From assembly GCA_964016885.1 (NCBI GenBank), contig OZ024746.1, forward strand, positions 50,158,001 through 50,222,000: a DNA stretch of 64,000 bases. The letters run 5' to 3'. Shown in pieces: positions 50,701 through 63,438 of the stretch (position 1 is the first letter of the stretch; each line of letters starts with the position of its first letter). The position numbers and the translations under genes were made by a program. Origin of the DNA: Eledone cirrhosa. Lineage: Eukaryota. The notes under the pieces were generated by a model that saw only the letters and a program-made list of their open reading frames with translations, was not told where the DNA came from and made no database searches.

Positions 50701-53700
50701 TTATGGGGATGTCGGTTTTCCGTTTCGGTGCCCGTTTTTTATGTGTGGGTCTGTTTTTCATTTGTTTGCACGTTTTATATTTCGGTGGCCATTTTTTATA
50801 GGAGCGTCCGTTTTTCATTTGCGAGCCCGTTTTTTATGGGCGGGGTCCGTTTTTTATATGGGTGCCCGTATTTTATTTGGGTGCTCGTTTTTTATGGGGG
50901 CTCCGTTTTTTTTTATTTGGGTGCCCGCTTTTTATAGGGGCCCGTTTTTTATTTGGATGCCCGTTTTTTATCTGGGTGCTCGTTTTTTATAGGGGGCGCG
51001 TCTCTTTTTTATTCGGGTGCCCGTTTTATATTTCGGTTCCTGCTTTTTGTAGGAGGGCCCGTTTTTCATTTAGGTCCCCGTTTTTTATGGGGGGTCTGTT
51101 TTTTATATGGGTGCCTGTACTTTATTTGGGTGCCCGTTTTTTATGGGGGCTCCCTTTTTGGGGGGGCGGGCGCTTTTTATAGGGGGTCTGTTTTTTATTT
51201 GGGTTCCGTTTCTTATTGGGGTCCGTTTTTTATTTGGGTTGTCTTTTTATGGCGGGTCTGTTTTTTATTTGGGTGACCGTTTTTTATTTGGGTGCCCGTT
51301 TTTTATTTGGGTGCCCGTTTTTTATAGGGGGTTCCGTTTTTTATTTGGGTGCCCGTTTTTTATTTGGGTGCCCGTTTTTTAGTTGGGTGCCCGTTTTTTA
51401 TAGGGGGTTCCGTTTTTTATTTGGGTGTCCGTTTTTTATTTGGGGGCTCGTTTTTTATGGGGGTCCGTTTTTTATTTGGGTGCCCGTCTTTTATCAGGGG
51501 GGGTCCGTTTATTTTTTGGGTGCCCGTTTTTTAGGGGTTGTTGGTCCGTTTTTTATTTGGGTGGCCGTTTTATATTTCGGTGCCCGTTTTTTATAGGAGG
51601 GTCCGTTTTTAATTTTGGTGCCCGTTTTTTATGGACGGAGTCCGTTTTTTGTATGGGTGCCCGTTTTCTTAATTAGGAGCACGTTTTTTTATGGGGGGAT
51701 CCGTTTTTTATGGGGGGTCCGTTTTTCATATGGGTTCCGTTTTTTATAGGGGGTGTCCGTTTTTTATTTGGGTTGTCTTTTTTATGGGTGTCTGTCTTTT
51801 ATTTGGGTGCCCGTTTTTTATTTGGGTCCCCGTTTTTTATGGGGGGTACCGTATTTTATTTGGGTCCCCGTTTTTTATTTGGGTGCCTGTTTTTTATGGG
51901 GGAGTCGGTTTTCCGTTTGGGTGCCCGTTTTTTATGTGTGGGTCTGTTTTTCATTTGTTTGCACGTTTTATATTTCGGTGGCCGTTTTTTATAGGAACGT
52001 CCGTTTTTCATTTGGGAGCCCGTTTTTTATGGGCGGGGTCCGTTTTTTATATGGGTGCCCGTATTTTATTTGGGTGCTCGTTTTTTATGGGGACTCCGTT
52101 TTTTTCATTTGGGTGCCCGTTTTTTATCTGGGTGCTCGATTTTTATAGGGGGCGCGTCCGTTTTTTATTCGGGTGCCCGTTTTATATTTCGGTTCCCGTT
52201 TTTTGTAGGAGGGTCCGTTTTTCATTTGGGTCCCCGTTTTTATGGGGGGTGCGTTTTTTATATGGGTGCCCGTATTTTATTTGGCTGCCCGTTTTTTATG
52301 GGGGGTCCGTTTTTTATTTCGTGCACATTTAATATTTCGGTGCCCGTTTTTTATAGGAGGGTCCGTTTTTTATCGGAGGGTCCGTTTTATAGGAGGGTAC
52401 GTTTTTTATAGGAGGGTCCGTTTTTCATTAGAGAACCCGTTTTTTATATGGGTGCCCGTTTTTTATATGGGCGTCCGTTTTTTATTCGTGTGCCCGTTTT
52501 TTATGGGGGGTCCGTTTTTTATATGGGTGCCCGTATTTTATTTGGGTGCCCATTTTTATGGGGTCCATTTTTTATTTGCGTGCCCGTTTTTTAGGGGGGT
52601 GTTGGTCCGTTTTTGATTTGGGTGCCCGTTTTTTATTGGGGGTCCGTTTTTTATTTGGGTTGTCTTTTTCTATGGCGGGTCTGTTTTTTATTTGGGTGCC
52701 CGTTTTTTATTTGGGTGCCCGTTTTTTATTTGAGTGCCCGTTATTTATAGGGGGTTCCGTTTTTTATTTGGGTGTCCTTTTTTATTTGGGGGCTCGTTTT
52801 TTATGGGGGTCCGTTTTTTATTTGGGTGCCCGTTTTTTATGGGTGGCCGTTTTTTATGGGGGGGGTCCGTTCTCATTTGGGTGCCCGTTTTTATGTGTGG
52901 GTCCGTTTTTCATTTGGGTGCACATTTAATATTTCGGTGTCCGTTTTTTATAGGAGGGTCCGTTTTCTTTAGAGAGCCTGTTTTTTATTGGCGGGGTCCG
53001 TTTTTTATACGGGTGCCCGTTTTTTATATGGGATCCGTTTTTTATTCGTGTGCCCGTTTTTATGGCGGGTCCGTTTTTTTTACATGGGTGCCCGTATTTT
53101 ATTTGTATGCCCGTTTTTTATGGGGGCTCCGTTTTTTATTTGGGTGCCTGTATTTTATGGGGGGGCCGTTTTTTATTTGGGTGCCCGTTTTTCAGGGGAG
53201 TGTTGGTCCGTTTTTTATTTGGGTGCCCGTTTTTTATTTGGGTGCTCGTTTTTTATGAGGGGGGGGGCTATTTTTATTTGGGTGTCCATTTTATATTTGG
53301 GTGCCCGTTTTTTATAGGAGGGTCCTTTTTTATGTGGGGTGTCCGTTTTTTATTTGGGCGCCCGTGTTATATTTGGGTGCCCGTTTTTTAGAGGAGGGTC
53401 CGTTTTTTATGTGGGAGGTCCATTTTTTATTTGGGTGCCCGTTTTATATTTCGGTGCCCGTTTTTTATAGGTGTTTTTCATTTGGTGCCCGTTTTTTATG
53501 GGGGGTCCGTTTTTCATTTGGGTTTCGTTTTTCATAGGCGGGTCCGTTTTTTATTTGTGTGCCCGTATTTTTATGGGTGGTCCGTTTTCTATTTGGGTGT
53601 CCATGGCTTATGGGGGGTCCGTTTTTTATTTGGGTGCCCGTCTTTTATGGGCGGGTCCGTTTTTTATTTGGGTGCCCGTTTTTTATCAGAGGGCTCCGTT

Positions 53701-56700
53701 TATTTTTTGGTTGCCCGTTTTTTATCAGGGCGGTCCGTTTATTTTTTGGGTGCCTTTTTTTATGGGGGGTCCTTTTTTTATTTGGCTGCCCGTTTTTTAT
53801 AGGAGGGTCCGTTTTTCATTTGGGAGCCCGTTTTTTATGGACGGTGTCCCTTTTTTATATGGGTGCCCGTTTTCTTATTCGGGAGCCTGTTTTTTATGGA
53901 GGGTCCGTTTTTCATTTGGGTGCCCGTTTTTTATGGGGGAGGTCCCTTTTTTATGGGGGCGGTACGTTTTTCATTTGGGTTCCGTTTTTTATGGGGGTCC
54001 GTTTTTTATTTGGTTTATCTTTTTTGTGGGGTGGTCCGTTTTTTATATGAGTGCCCGTATTTTATTTAGGTTCCCGTTTTTTATGGGGGCTCCTTTTTTT
54101 ATTTGGGTGCCCGCTTTTTATAGGGGGTCCGTTTTTTATTTGGGTGCCCGTATTATATGGGGTGGTCCGTTTTTTATTTGGGTGCCCGTTTTTTCGTGGG
54201 GTGTTGGACCGTTTTTTATTTGGGTGCTCGTTTTTTATCTGGGTGCTCTTTTTTTATTTGGTTGCCCGTTTTATATTTCGGTGCCCGTATTTTATAGGAG
54301 GATCCGTTTTTCATTTGGGTGCCCGTTTTATATGGGCGGGCTACGTTTTTATATGGGTGCTCGTTTTTTATTCGGGTACCCGTTTTTTATTGGGGGTCCG
54401 TTTTTTATATGGGTGCCCGTATTTTATTTGGGCGCCCGTTTTTATGGGGGCTCCCTTTTTTGGGGGGGTGCCCGCTTTTTATAGGGGGTCCGTTTTTTAT
54501 TTGGGTTCCATTTTTTATGGGGGGGTCCGTTTTTTATTTGGGTTGTCTTTTTTATGGGGGCGGCTGTTTTTTATTTGGGTGTCCGGCTTTTATGAAGGGC
54601 GCGTTTTTTATTTGGGTGCCCGTTTTTTATCAGGGGGGGTCCATTTATTTTTTGGGTGCCTTCTTTATGGGGGGATGCATTTTATTATTTGGCTCTCCGT
54701 TTTTATGGGAGGTCCGATTTTATTTGGGTGCCCGTATTTTATGGGGGGTCCGTTTTTTATTTGGGTGCCCGTTTTTTGTTGGGGGTCCGTTTTTTATTTG
54801 GGTGCCCGTATTATATGGGGGCGTCCGTTTTTTATCTGGGTGCCCGTTTTTTAGGGGGTGTTGGTCCGTTTTTTATTTGGGTGCTCGTTTTTTATCTGGG
54901 TGCGCTTTTTTATATGGGGGGTCCGTTTTTTATTTGGGTGCCTGTTTTATATGGGTGGCTACGTTTTTATATGGGTACTCGTTTTTTATTCGGGTGCCCG
55001 TTTTTTATGGGGGGTCCGTTTTTTATATGGGTCCCCGTATTTTATTTGGGTGCCCGTTTTTATGGGGGCTCCCTTTTTTGGGGGGTGCCCGCTTTTTATA
55101 GGGGTCCGTTTTTTATTTGGGTTCCATTTTTTATGGGGTGGTCCGTTTTTTATTTGGGTTGTCTTTTTTATGGGGGTCTGTTTTTTATTTGGGTGCCAAT
55201 TTTTTATTTGGGTGCCCGTTTTTTATAGGGGGTTCCGTTTTTTATTTTGGTGCCCGTTTTTTATTTGGGTGCTCGTTTTCTATGGGGGCGGTCGTTTTTA
55301 TTTGGGTGTTGGTCTTTTATGGGGGGGGTCCGTTTTTTATTTGGGTGCCCGTTTTTTATCAGGGAGATCCGTTTATTTTTTGGGTGCCTTTTTTATGGGG
55401 GGATGCATTTTATTATCTGGCACTCCGTTTCTATGGAGGGTCCGATTTTATTTGGGTGCCCGTATTTTATGGGGGGTCCGTTTTTTATTTGGGTGCCCGA
55501 TTTTTATGTTGGGGTCCGTTTTTTATTTGGGTGCCCGTGTTATATTTGGGTGCCCGTTTTTTATAGGAGGGTGCTTATTTTATGTGGGGGTCCGTTTTTT
55601 ATTTGGGTGCCCGTTTTATATTTCGGTGCCCGTTTATTATAGGAGGATTCGTTTTTCATTTGGGTTCCGTTTTTCATGGGGGCTCCGTTTTATTACTTGG
55701 GTTGTCTTGTTTTATGGGGGGTCTATTTTTTATTTGGGTACCCCTTTTTATGGGGGGTTCCGTATTTTATTTGGGTGCCAGTTTTTTATTTAGGTGCCTG
55801 TTTTGTATGGGGGTCACGGTTTTTAGTTTGGGTGCCCGTTTTTTATGTGTGGGTCCGTTTTTCATTTGGGCGCCCATATTTTCTGGGGGGGGGTCCGTTT
55901 TTTATTTGGGTGCCCGACTTTTATGCGGGGGTCCGTTTTTTATTTGGGTGCCCGTTTTTTTATCACGGGGGGTCCGTTTATTTTTTGGGTGCCTTTTTTT
56001 ATGGGGTCCTCTTTTTATTTGGCTGCCCGTTTTTATGGGGGTCCGATTTTATTCGGGTGCCCGTATTTTATGGGGGGGTCCGTTTTTTATTTGGGTATCC
56101 GTTTTTTATTTGGGTGCCCGTTTTTTATGTGGGGGGTCCGTTTTTATTTGGGTGCCCGTGTTATATTTGGGTGCCCGTTTTTTATAGGGGGGTACGTTTT
56201 TGATTTGGGAGCCCGTTTTTTATGGACGGGGTCCGTTTTTTATATGGGTGCCCGTTTTCTTATTCGGGAGCCTGTTTTTTATGGGGGGTCCGTTTTTTAT
56301 GGGGGTGTCCGTTTTTCATTTGGGTTCCGTTTTTTATGGGGGGTTCCGTTTTTTATTTGGGTGCCTTTTTTTTATAGGGGTGTCGGTTTTTTTTATTTGG
56401 GTGCCCGCTTTTTATAGGGTCCGTTATTTATTTGGGTGCCCGTTTTTTAGGGGGGGGGGTCCGTTTTTTATTTGGGTTCCCGTTTTTTATCTGGGTGCTC
56501 GTTATTTATAGGGTGGTCCGTTTTTTATTTGGGTATCCGTTTTTTATTTGGGTGTCCGTTTTTTATTTGTGTGCCCGTTTTATATGTTGGGGGTCCGTTT
56601 TTTATTTGGGTACCCCTGTTATATTTCGGCGCCCGTTTTTTATAGGAGGGTCCGTTTTAATTTGGGAGCCCGATTTTTTGGATTGGGTCCGTTTTTTTAT

Positions 56701-59700
56701 ATGGGTGCCCGTTTTCCTATTCGGGTGCCCGTTTCGTATGGCGGGTACGTTTTTCATTTGGGTGCCCGTTTTTTATGGGTGGGTCCGTTTTTCATTTGGG
56801 TTCCGTTTTTTATGAGGGTCCGTTTTCTATTTGGGTTGTTTTTTATTTGGGTGACCGTTTTTTATTTGGGTGACCGTTTTTTATTTGTGTGCCCGTTTTT
56901 TATGGGGTTGTCCGTTTTTTATATGGGTGTGCCGTTTTTTTATTTGGGTGTCCCGTTTTTTATTTGGATGCTCGTTTTTCATGGGGAGGGTCCGTTTTTC
57001 ATTTGGGAGCCCGTTTTTTATGGACGGGGTCCGTTTTTTATATGGGTGCCCGTATTTTATTTGGGTTCCCGTTTTTTATGGGGGCTCAGTTTTGTTATTT
57101 GGGTGCAAGCTTTTTATAGGGGTCCGTTTCTTATTTGGGTGCCCGTTTTTTATGTGGCGTTCTTTTTTCATTTGGGTGCCCGTTTTTTATGGGCGGGTCC
57201 GTTTTTTATTAGTGTTGTCTTATTTTTTGGGGGGGTCTGGTTTTATTTGGGTGCCCGTATTTTTATGGGGGGTCCGTTTTCTATTTGGATGTCCGTTGCT
57301 TATGGGGGGTCGGTTTTTTATTTGGGTGCCCGTCTTTTATGCGGGGGTCCGTTTTTTCTTTGGGTGCCCGTTTTTTATCAGGGGGGTTCCGTTTATTTTT
57401 TGGGTGCCTTTTTTATGGGGGTCCTTTTTTTTATTTGGCTGCCCGATTTTATGGGGGGGTCCGATTTTATTTGGGTGCCCGTATTTTATGGGGGGGGGTC
57501 CGTTTTTTATTTGGGTGCCCGTTTTTTATAGGAGGGTCCGTTGTTCATTTGGGAGCACCTTTTTTATGGACGGGATCCGTTTTTTATAAGGGTGCCCGTT
57601 TTCTTATTCGGGAGCCCGTTTTTTATAGGAGGGTCCGTTTTTCATTTGGGCGCCCGTTTTTTATGGGGGGTCCGTTTTTTATGTGGGGGTCCGTTTTTCA
57701 TTTGGGTTCCGTTTTTTGTCGGGGGGTCCGTTTTTTATTTGGGTTGTATTTTTTATGGGGGGTCTGTTTTTTATTTGGGTGCCCGTTTTTTATGGGTTGT
57801 ACCGTATTTTATTTGGGTGCCCGTTTTTTATTTGGGTGCCTGCTTTTTATGGGGGTGTCAGTTTTCCGTTTGGATGTCCGTTTTTTATGTGTGAGTCCGT
57901 TTTTCATTTGTTTGCACGTTTTATATTTCGGTGGCCGTTTTTCATTTGGGAGCCCGTTTTTTATGGGCGGTGTCCGTTTTTTATATGGGTGCCCGTATTT
58001 TATTTGGGTGCCCGTTTTTTATGGGGGCTCCGTTTTTTTTATTTGGGTGCCCGTTTTTTAGGGGGGTGTTGGTCCGTTTTCTATTTGGGTGCCCTTTTTT
58101 TATTTGGGTGCTCGTTTTTTATGGGCGGGGTCAATTTTTTATATGGGTGCTCGTTTTTTATTCAGGTGCCCGTTTTTTATGGGGGTTCGGTTTTTTTATA
58201 TGGGTGCCCGTATTTTATTTGGGTGCCCGTGTTTTATGGGTGCTCCTTTTTTTTGGGGGGGGGGTGACCGCTTTTTATAGGGGGTCTGTTTTTATTTGGG
58301 TTCCGTTTTTTATGGGGGGTCTGTTTTTTATTTGGGTTCTCTTTTTTATGGGGGGTCTGTTTTTTATTTGGGTGACCGTTTTTTATTTGGGTGCCCGTTT
58401 TTTATAGGGGGTTCCGATTTTTATTTGGGTGCCCGTTTTTTATAGGATGGCGCGTTTTTTATGTGGGCGGTCCTTTTTTTATTTGGGTGCCCGTTTTTTA
58501 TAGGAGGGTCCGTTTTTCATTTGGGTTCCGTTTTTTATGGGGTGGGGTCCGTTTTTTATTTGGGTTGTCTTTTATTATGGTGGGTCTGTTTTTTATTTGG
58601 TGCCCGTTTTTTATGGGGGGTTCAGTATTTTATTTGGGTGCCCGTTTTTTATTTGGGTGCCTGTTTTTTATGGAGGTGTCGGTTTTTCGTTTGGGTGCCC
58701 GTTTTTTATGTGTGGGTCTGGTTTTTATTTGGGTGCCCGTATTTTTATGGGGGGGTCCGTTTTCTATTTGGGTGTCCGTTGCTTATGGGGGGTCCGTTTT
58801 CTATTTGGGTGTCCGTTGCTTATGGGGTCCGTTTTTTATTTGGGTGCCCGTTTCTTATCAGGTGGGGTCCGTTTATTTTTTGGGTGCCTTTTTTTATGGG
58901 GGTCCTTTTTTTATTTGGCTGCCCGTTTTTTATGTGGGGTCCGATTTTATTTGGGTGCCCGTATTTTATGGGGGGGTCCGTTTTTTATTTGGGTGTCCGT
59001 TTTTATTTGGGTGCCCGTTTTTTATGTGGGGGGTCCGTTTTTTATTTGGCTGCCCGTGTTATATTTGGGTGCCCGTTTTTCATAGGAAGGTCCGTTTTTT
59101 ATGTGGGGGTCCGTTTTTTATTCTGGTGCCCGTTTTATATTTCTGTGCCCGTTTTTTATAGGATGGTCCGTTTTTCATTTGAGAGCCCGTTTTTTATGGG
59201 CGGGGTCCGGTTTTTATATGGGTGCCCGTTTTTTATTCGGGTACCCGTTTTTTCTGGGGATCCGTTTTTCATTTGGGTGCCCTTTTTTATGGGGGGTCCG
59301 TTTTTCATTTGGGTTCGGTTTTTTATGGGGGGCGGGTCCGTTTTTTATTTGGGTTGTCTTTTTTATAGGGGGTCTGTTTTTTATTTGATTGTCCGTTTTT
59401 TATGGGGGGTTCCGTATTTTATTTGAGTGCCCGTTTCTTATTTGTGTGCCTTATTTTTTATGGGGGTGTCGGTTTTTCGTTTGGGTTCCCGTTTTTAATG
59501 TGGGGGTCCGTTTTCATTTGGGTGCCCGTATTTTATGGGGGGGGTCCGTTTTTTTCGGGGTGTCCTTTTCTTAGGGTGTGCTGGTCCGTTTTTTATTTCG
59601 GTGCCCGTTTTTTATATGGGTGTTCGTTTTTTCATTTGGGTGCTCGTTTTTTATGGGGGCGGTCCGCTTTTTATTTGGGTGCCCGTATTTTTATGGGGGT

Positions 59701-59870
59701 CCGTTTTCTATTTGGGTGCCCATTGCTTATGGGGGGTCCGTATTTTATTTGGGTGCCCGTCTTTTATAGGGGGTCCGTTTTTTATTTGGGTGCCCGTTTT
59801 TTATCAGGGGCGGTCCGTTTATTTTTTGGGTGCCCGTTTTTATGGGGGGCTCCGATTTTATTTGGGTGCC
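26761..59870 (+). repeat. G/T-rich satellite, block 5 (~33 kb)
   Basis: Uninterrupted monomer variants with internal duplications offset by ~320, ~520, ~2500 and ~3400 bp. Confidence 0.97.
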
Positions 59871-60780
59871 TTCCTTGATCTTCTTGGCTCTCTGAAGCTC
59901 CTCTCTGGCAAAGGGACCTGTATCAATATCCAGTTCCTGAAACAGCCGTCTGATCTTCCCAGTGTTCTTGGCTGTGGAGGGCAGCTCTCCTAGTAGGGTC
60001 CTAAAATGGTCCAACCATTTCCTTTTCCTATTCTCTGACCCTGTTCCCTGTGTCTGACTGGAACAGCTTCTCTTCCTCCGTGTGATCTCGTTGATGATCA
60101 TCCAGCTCTCCTTACATTCAGACCTATTAACTGCTCTCTCCACACTTCTGATCTTCTCTATCAGTGCCTCCTTCTGGCCTCAGTGTAAGCGGTACAGAGT
60201 TCTTCCCTCATCACCTCCACAGTCTCCATCCTCTCCTCCATAGGATCAGCATAGAATTGGTCCTTGGCAGCTTTCATTTGTTCTCTGGTTGCACACACTG
60301 TTGGGTCTGCAGAGCTTCCTCTTGTTCTTTCTCCTCGGCAGCAGAGTCTCACTTGCTTCCACCACTGCATTGGTGAAGTACCCATACCTCTTTGTCACAC
60401 TCTCCACACAGAGCACTGAACCTGTTGCTCACTTCTACTGTGAACCTCTCCTGTAGCTTATCTTCCTTGAAAGCTCCCTAGTCATAGATTCCTCTCCGGA
60501 GCTGGGCCTTGCTCTTTCTTAAGCTCACCCGGACCTCACTCATAACAAGCCAGTGGCCACTGCCCCAGTGTACTGAAATAGTTGTATGGGTCTGTGTTCA
60601 GAAAACTATTCCGCCATTTTCCCCTCACCAGAATGAAATTAATCTGGGACTTGGACAGGTGCATATCTGAGATGTAGGTCCACATCTTTCCCGGATTCAT
60701 CCTAAACTTTAGGTTGGTTGCTATCAAGTTGGCCTGCAGCAGGCTGTCTCTCAGTACTCTTCCATTTCGGTTGGTGTTGT
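59871..60780 (-). pseudogene. Non-LTR retrotransposon (LINE, RTE-like) fragment: end of APE endonuclease and linker before the RT
   Basis: IATNLKFRMNPGKMWTY...SQINFILVRGKWRNSF and WLDHFRTLL...DIDTGPFAREELQRAKKIKEG; several frameshifts; cut by the satellite before the RT domain. Clade assignment is tentative. Confidence 0.8.
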
Positions 60781-61651
60781 TAGGGAATTACTAGCGAATT
60801 ACCAAAAGTAGAAACAATTATTTGTTTCTAAGTTGTTCAATAAAGAAATATATCTATCTATCTACCTACATATCTATTTATCTATCTCAAAACCTTTTGC
60901 AACGTCTATCTTGAGATGTCACACACTTTCTTCCGCCATATGATTCTTATGTTTGCCAAGGGGAGATAATTACATGATTGACTTTATGACACACGTGAGT
61001 ACACACCCAAACAAACCTAGACACACCCACATGCCGGAATGATAGACGAACGGCGGTGAATTTGATTTTCGGTGAAAGTTTGCTAAGCGTCAACGTAACA
61101 GTTGTTTACTAAGTTATGTGTTTCATTGTTTGAACAAATGGACCACTCTATGCTTTCTTCTCGAAACTTTTTTTATTTCTTCTTACTCTCCTTTCTCGTC
61201 CATGGAAGCAAATAACACATTTATTTTCCCACAGTGTCACTTCAGAAAATTACGTTATCAATATTGATACAGCGCATAATAATGATAACCGTTTCAATGC
61301 AACAACTAACTTAAACAACAATAATATTAATGATATAAGGGAAAAGAGTTCAGAGGAAATTTAACAGAAGAAATGAATTAAGATAGGAAAATAGAATTTC
61401 TCACAATGAAGCAAGACCAAGGTATGCTAAACTGCGTAGTTCTGTTAAATATTTAATTGGTTTTATTTACAGGTGTTTAATTAACATTACAAATTGTTCA
61501 CAGTTCTTTCAGAATGAAAATAAAAACACATATAATACAATGTGTATAAAATATCTCTATTTGATTTCTAGCTTTGAAAAACTGTCACAATTTATTTATG
61601 AAAATGCAAAGGAACGGTTGAACAACGGAGCCAACACCAGAGCAAAAGACA

Positions 61652-61841
61652 GCAGCGAGGAGTATTTTTCAGCCTGTGGGGAGTCGGGCCGCTGACTGCG
61701 AGGTTCCTCTCTTCACTGGCGGCTCGCCTAATAGAGGTAACTGGCGAATCTGGCGAGGGCGCTTGTTTCTTCCAGCACCTCAGCCTCACCATCACTCGAG
61801 GTAACACTGCCAGTGTGCTGGCTTGCCTCAAAAATCATTAG
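61652..61841 (+). pseudogene. C-terminal restriction-like endonuclease fragment of a CRE-type non-LTR retrotransposon
   Basis: Manual translation IFQPV / GVGPLTARFLSSLAARLIEVTGESGEGACFFQHLSLTITRGNTASVLACL* resembles the CRE C-terminal pattern F.P...E..G..G....FL......L...TG...E...L.QRLS.AI.RGNA..VL. Confidence 0.75.
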
Positions 61842-61928
61842 AGAGGTTGCCCAGTACCCCTGGTGTTGGCTCCGTTTTCCACCCCTTCAACTTATACTGT
61901 TACTTAAGCATTTGTAGTGTTATGTATA

Positions 61929-62301
61929 TATTTAAAACATATTTATGTTATTCTACTGTAAATTTATTTATATGCTTTGTATATATCATATATGTTTATA
62001 TTTTCACTCCCATTTGTAACGTTATAATAATATATAATAATTGTTTCTACTTTTGGCACAAGGCCGGCAAATATCCAGTGTATTACTGGTACTTTATTTA
62101 ATATATAATAAAATTTCAAATTGTAAGATGTAAATAATTGTTCCAAATCTATTTAGTTGATAACAAACTATCAAATTTCTCTTTTATTCACAGTTGTATA
62201 AATAACATTAGAAATCGTTTGCAATTCTTTCAGAATGAAAATATAAACAGAGCATATAAATAAATTTACAGTAGAATAACATAACAAATATGTTTTAAAT
62301 A
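61929..62301. repeat. AT-rich inverted repeat (~50-bp arms, 61929-61976 and 62251-62301)
   Basis: TATTTAAAACATATTT-ATGTTATTCTACTGTAAATTTATTTATATGCT matches the reverse complement of the right arm with one 3-bp indel. Confidence 0.8.
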
Positions 62302-62376
62302 CAGTGATACCTTGAGATACGAGTGAACCGACATACGAGCCCTCACTCGGCTAATTTTTTGCCTTGTGATACGAGC
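62302..62376. mobile_element. Probable pogo/Tigger-like (Tc1-mariner) terminal fragment
   Basis: TA|CAGTGATACCTTGAGATACGAG start with repeated ATACGAG motifs; no partner end found. Confidence 0.5.
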
Positions 62377-62841
62377 TAGCGCGTGCCTGAGAGGGGTGCA
62401 GAATTAATTTCGCCCGGTGAACCCCAACCAAAGTTACTCCCGTCGTTTATATCCGTAAAGTGACTAAAGATTAAAACAAATGTAATATATTTACGGTTAG
62501 GGTTGAGGCGATACTTGGTTTTAGTGTCCTAAATTATCATCATCGACATTCAATTATTAGCTCCACCCACTACACGAAACGTCACGACACGTCATCAGCT
62601 GCTGCTGCTTGATTTTTACATGTTAATTTTCTTATATGCTTCATTTTTACACGAAAAAACATTGAATTTTTAGAATAAATATTTATTAAAATATTAACAG
62701 AGAAAATTAGATTTTTGATTTATTTTTTGAACAAAATAAATATTTATTTACAGTTTTTCACAGAAAAACTATGCTTCATTTTTACATGAATATTTATTTA
62801 CAGTTTTTAACAACAGAAAAAAAAATTATTTAAACAATATA

Positions 62842-63438
62842 TTGTTGCGATATACAGTAATTTTTTTTTACCGGTGCAATTTTATGCGTGATGTATGTAG
62901 TGAATGGGTTGAACAAAATCCGGCGATACTCGGTGGTCTTGATTCTAACGGAATACCAATAACTGTACAAATTGATGAGAGCAAATATTTTCATCGTAAA
63001 TATGCTTGTGGGCTCTGGCATGAAGGACATTGGGTCATTGGCGGAATTGATACTAATAATCCCTGCAATATTTTTCTCCATGAAATCCCTGATTGGACTG
63101 CTGAGACTCTGCTGCCTCTCATTGAAAGGCACTGTGCAAATGGATCTATGATCCATACAGATGAGTGGCGGGCGTACAATAAAATGCCAAATTTGCCTGG
63201 TCGTTATACACATCTCACTGTCAATCATTCAAAGCATTTCGTTGATCCCATATCAAGTACACACACGCAAAATATTGAGGGGATGTGGTCTCATGCCAAA
63301 AAGAAACTAAAATGCATCAATGGTACCAGCGGACCAATATTTCAGTCGTATTTAAGGGAGTTTGAGTGGCGATGGCGCAATGCCACGTATCTAACTGGTA
63401 AAGGTAAATGTTTCGAAAAAAATGTGGCGATCGCTTAA
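62842..63438 (+). CDS. Merlin / IS1595-ISXO2-like DDE transposase, catalytic part (N-terminus missing)
   Basis: VQIDESK..HRKY..G, WVIGGI, AETLLPLI, IHTDEWRAY, HLTVNHSKHFVDP, HTQNIEGMW: D, D and E triad present. Confidence 0.9.
   Translation: MLRYTVIFFYRCNFMRDVCSEWVEQNPAILGGLDSNGIPITVQIDESKYFHRKYACGLWHEGHWVIGGIDTNNPCNIFLHEIPDWTAETLLPLIERHCANGSMIHTDEWRAYNKMPNLPGRYTHLTVNHSKHFVDPISSTHTQNIEGMWSHAKKKLKCINGTSGPIFQSYLREFEWRWRNATYLTGKGKCFEKNVAIA

Noticed and set aside
60781-61600. Unique-looking AT-rich stretch
   Set aside because: No ORF, repeat or structure I could support.
62842-63438. Bacterial IS1595 contamination or horizontal transfer
   Set aside because: Eukaryotic Merlin elements share this domain, and the flanks are eukaryotic TE debris.
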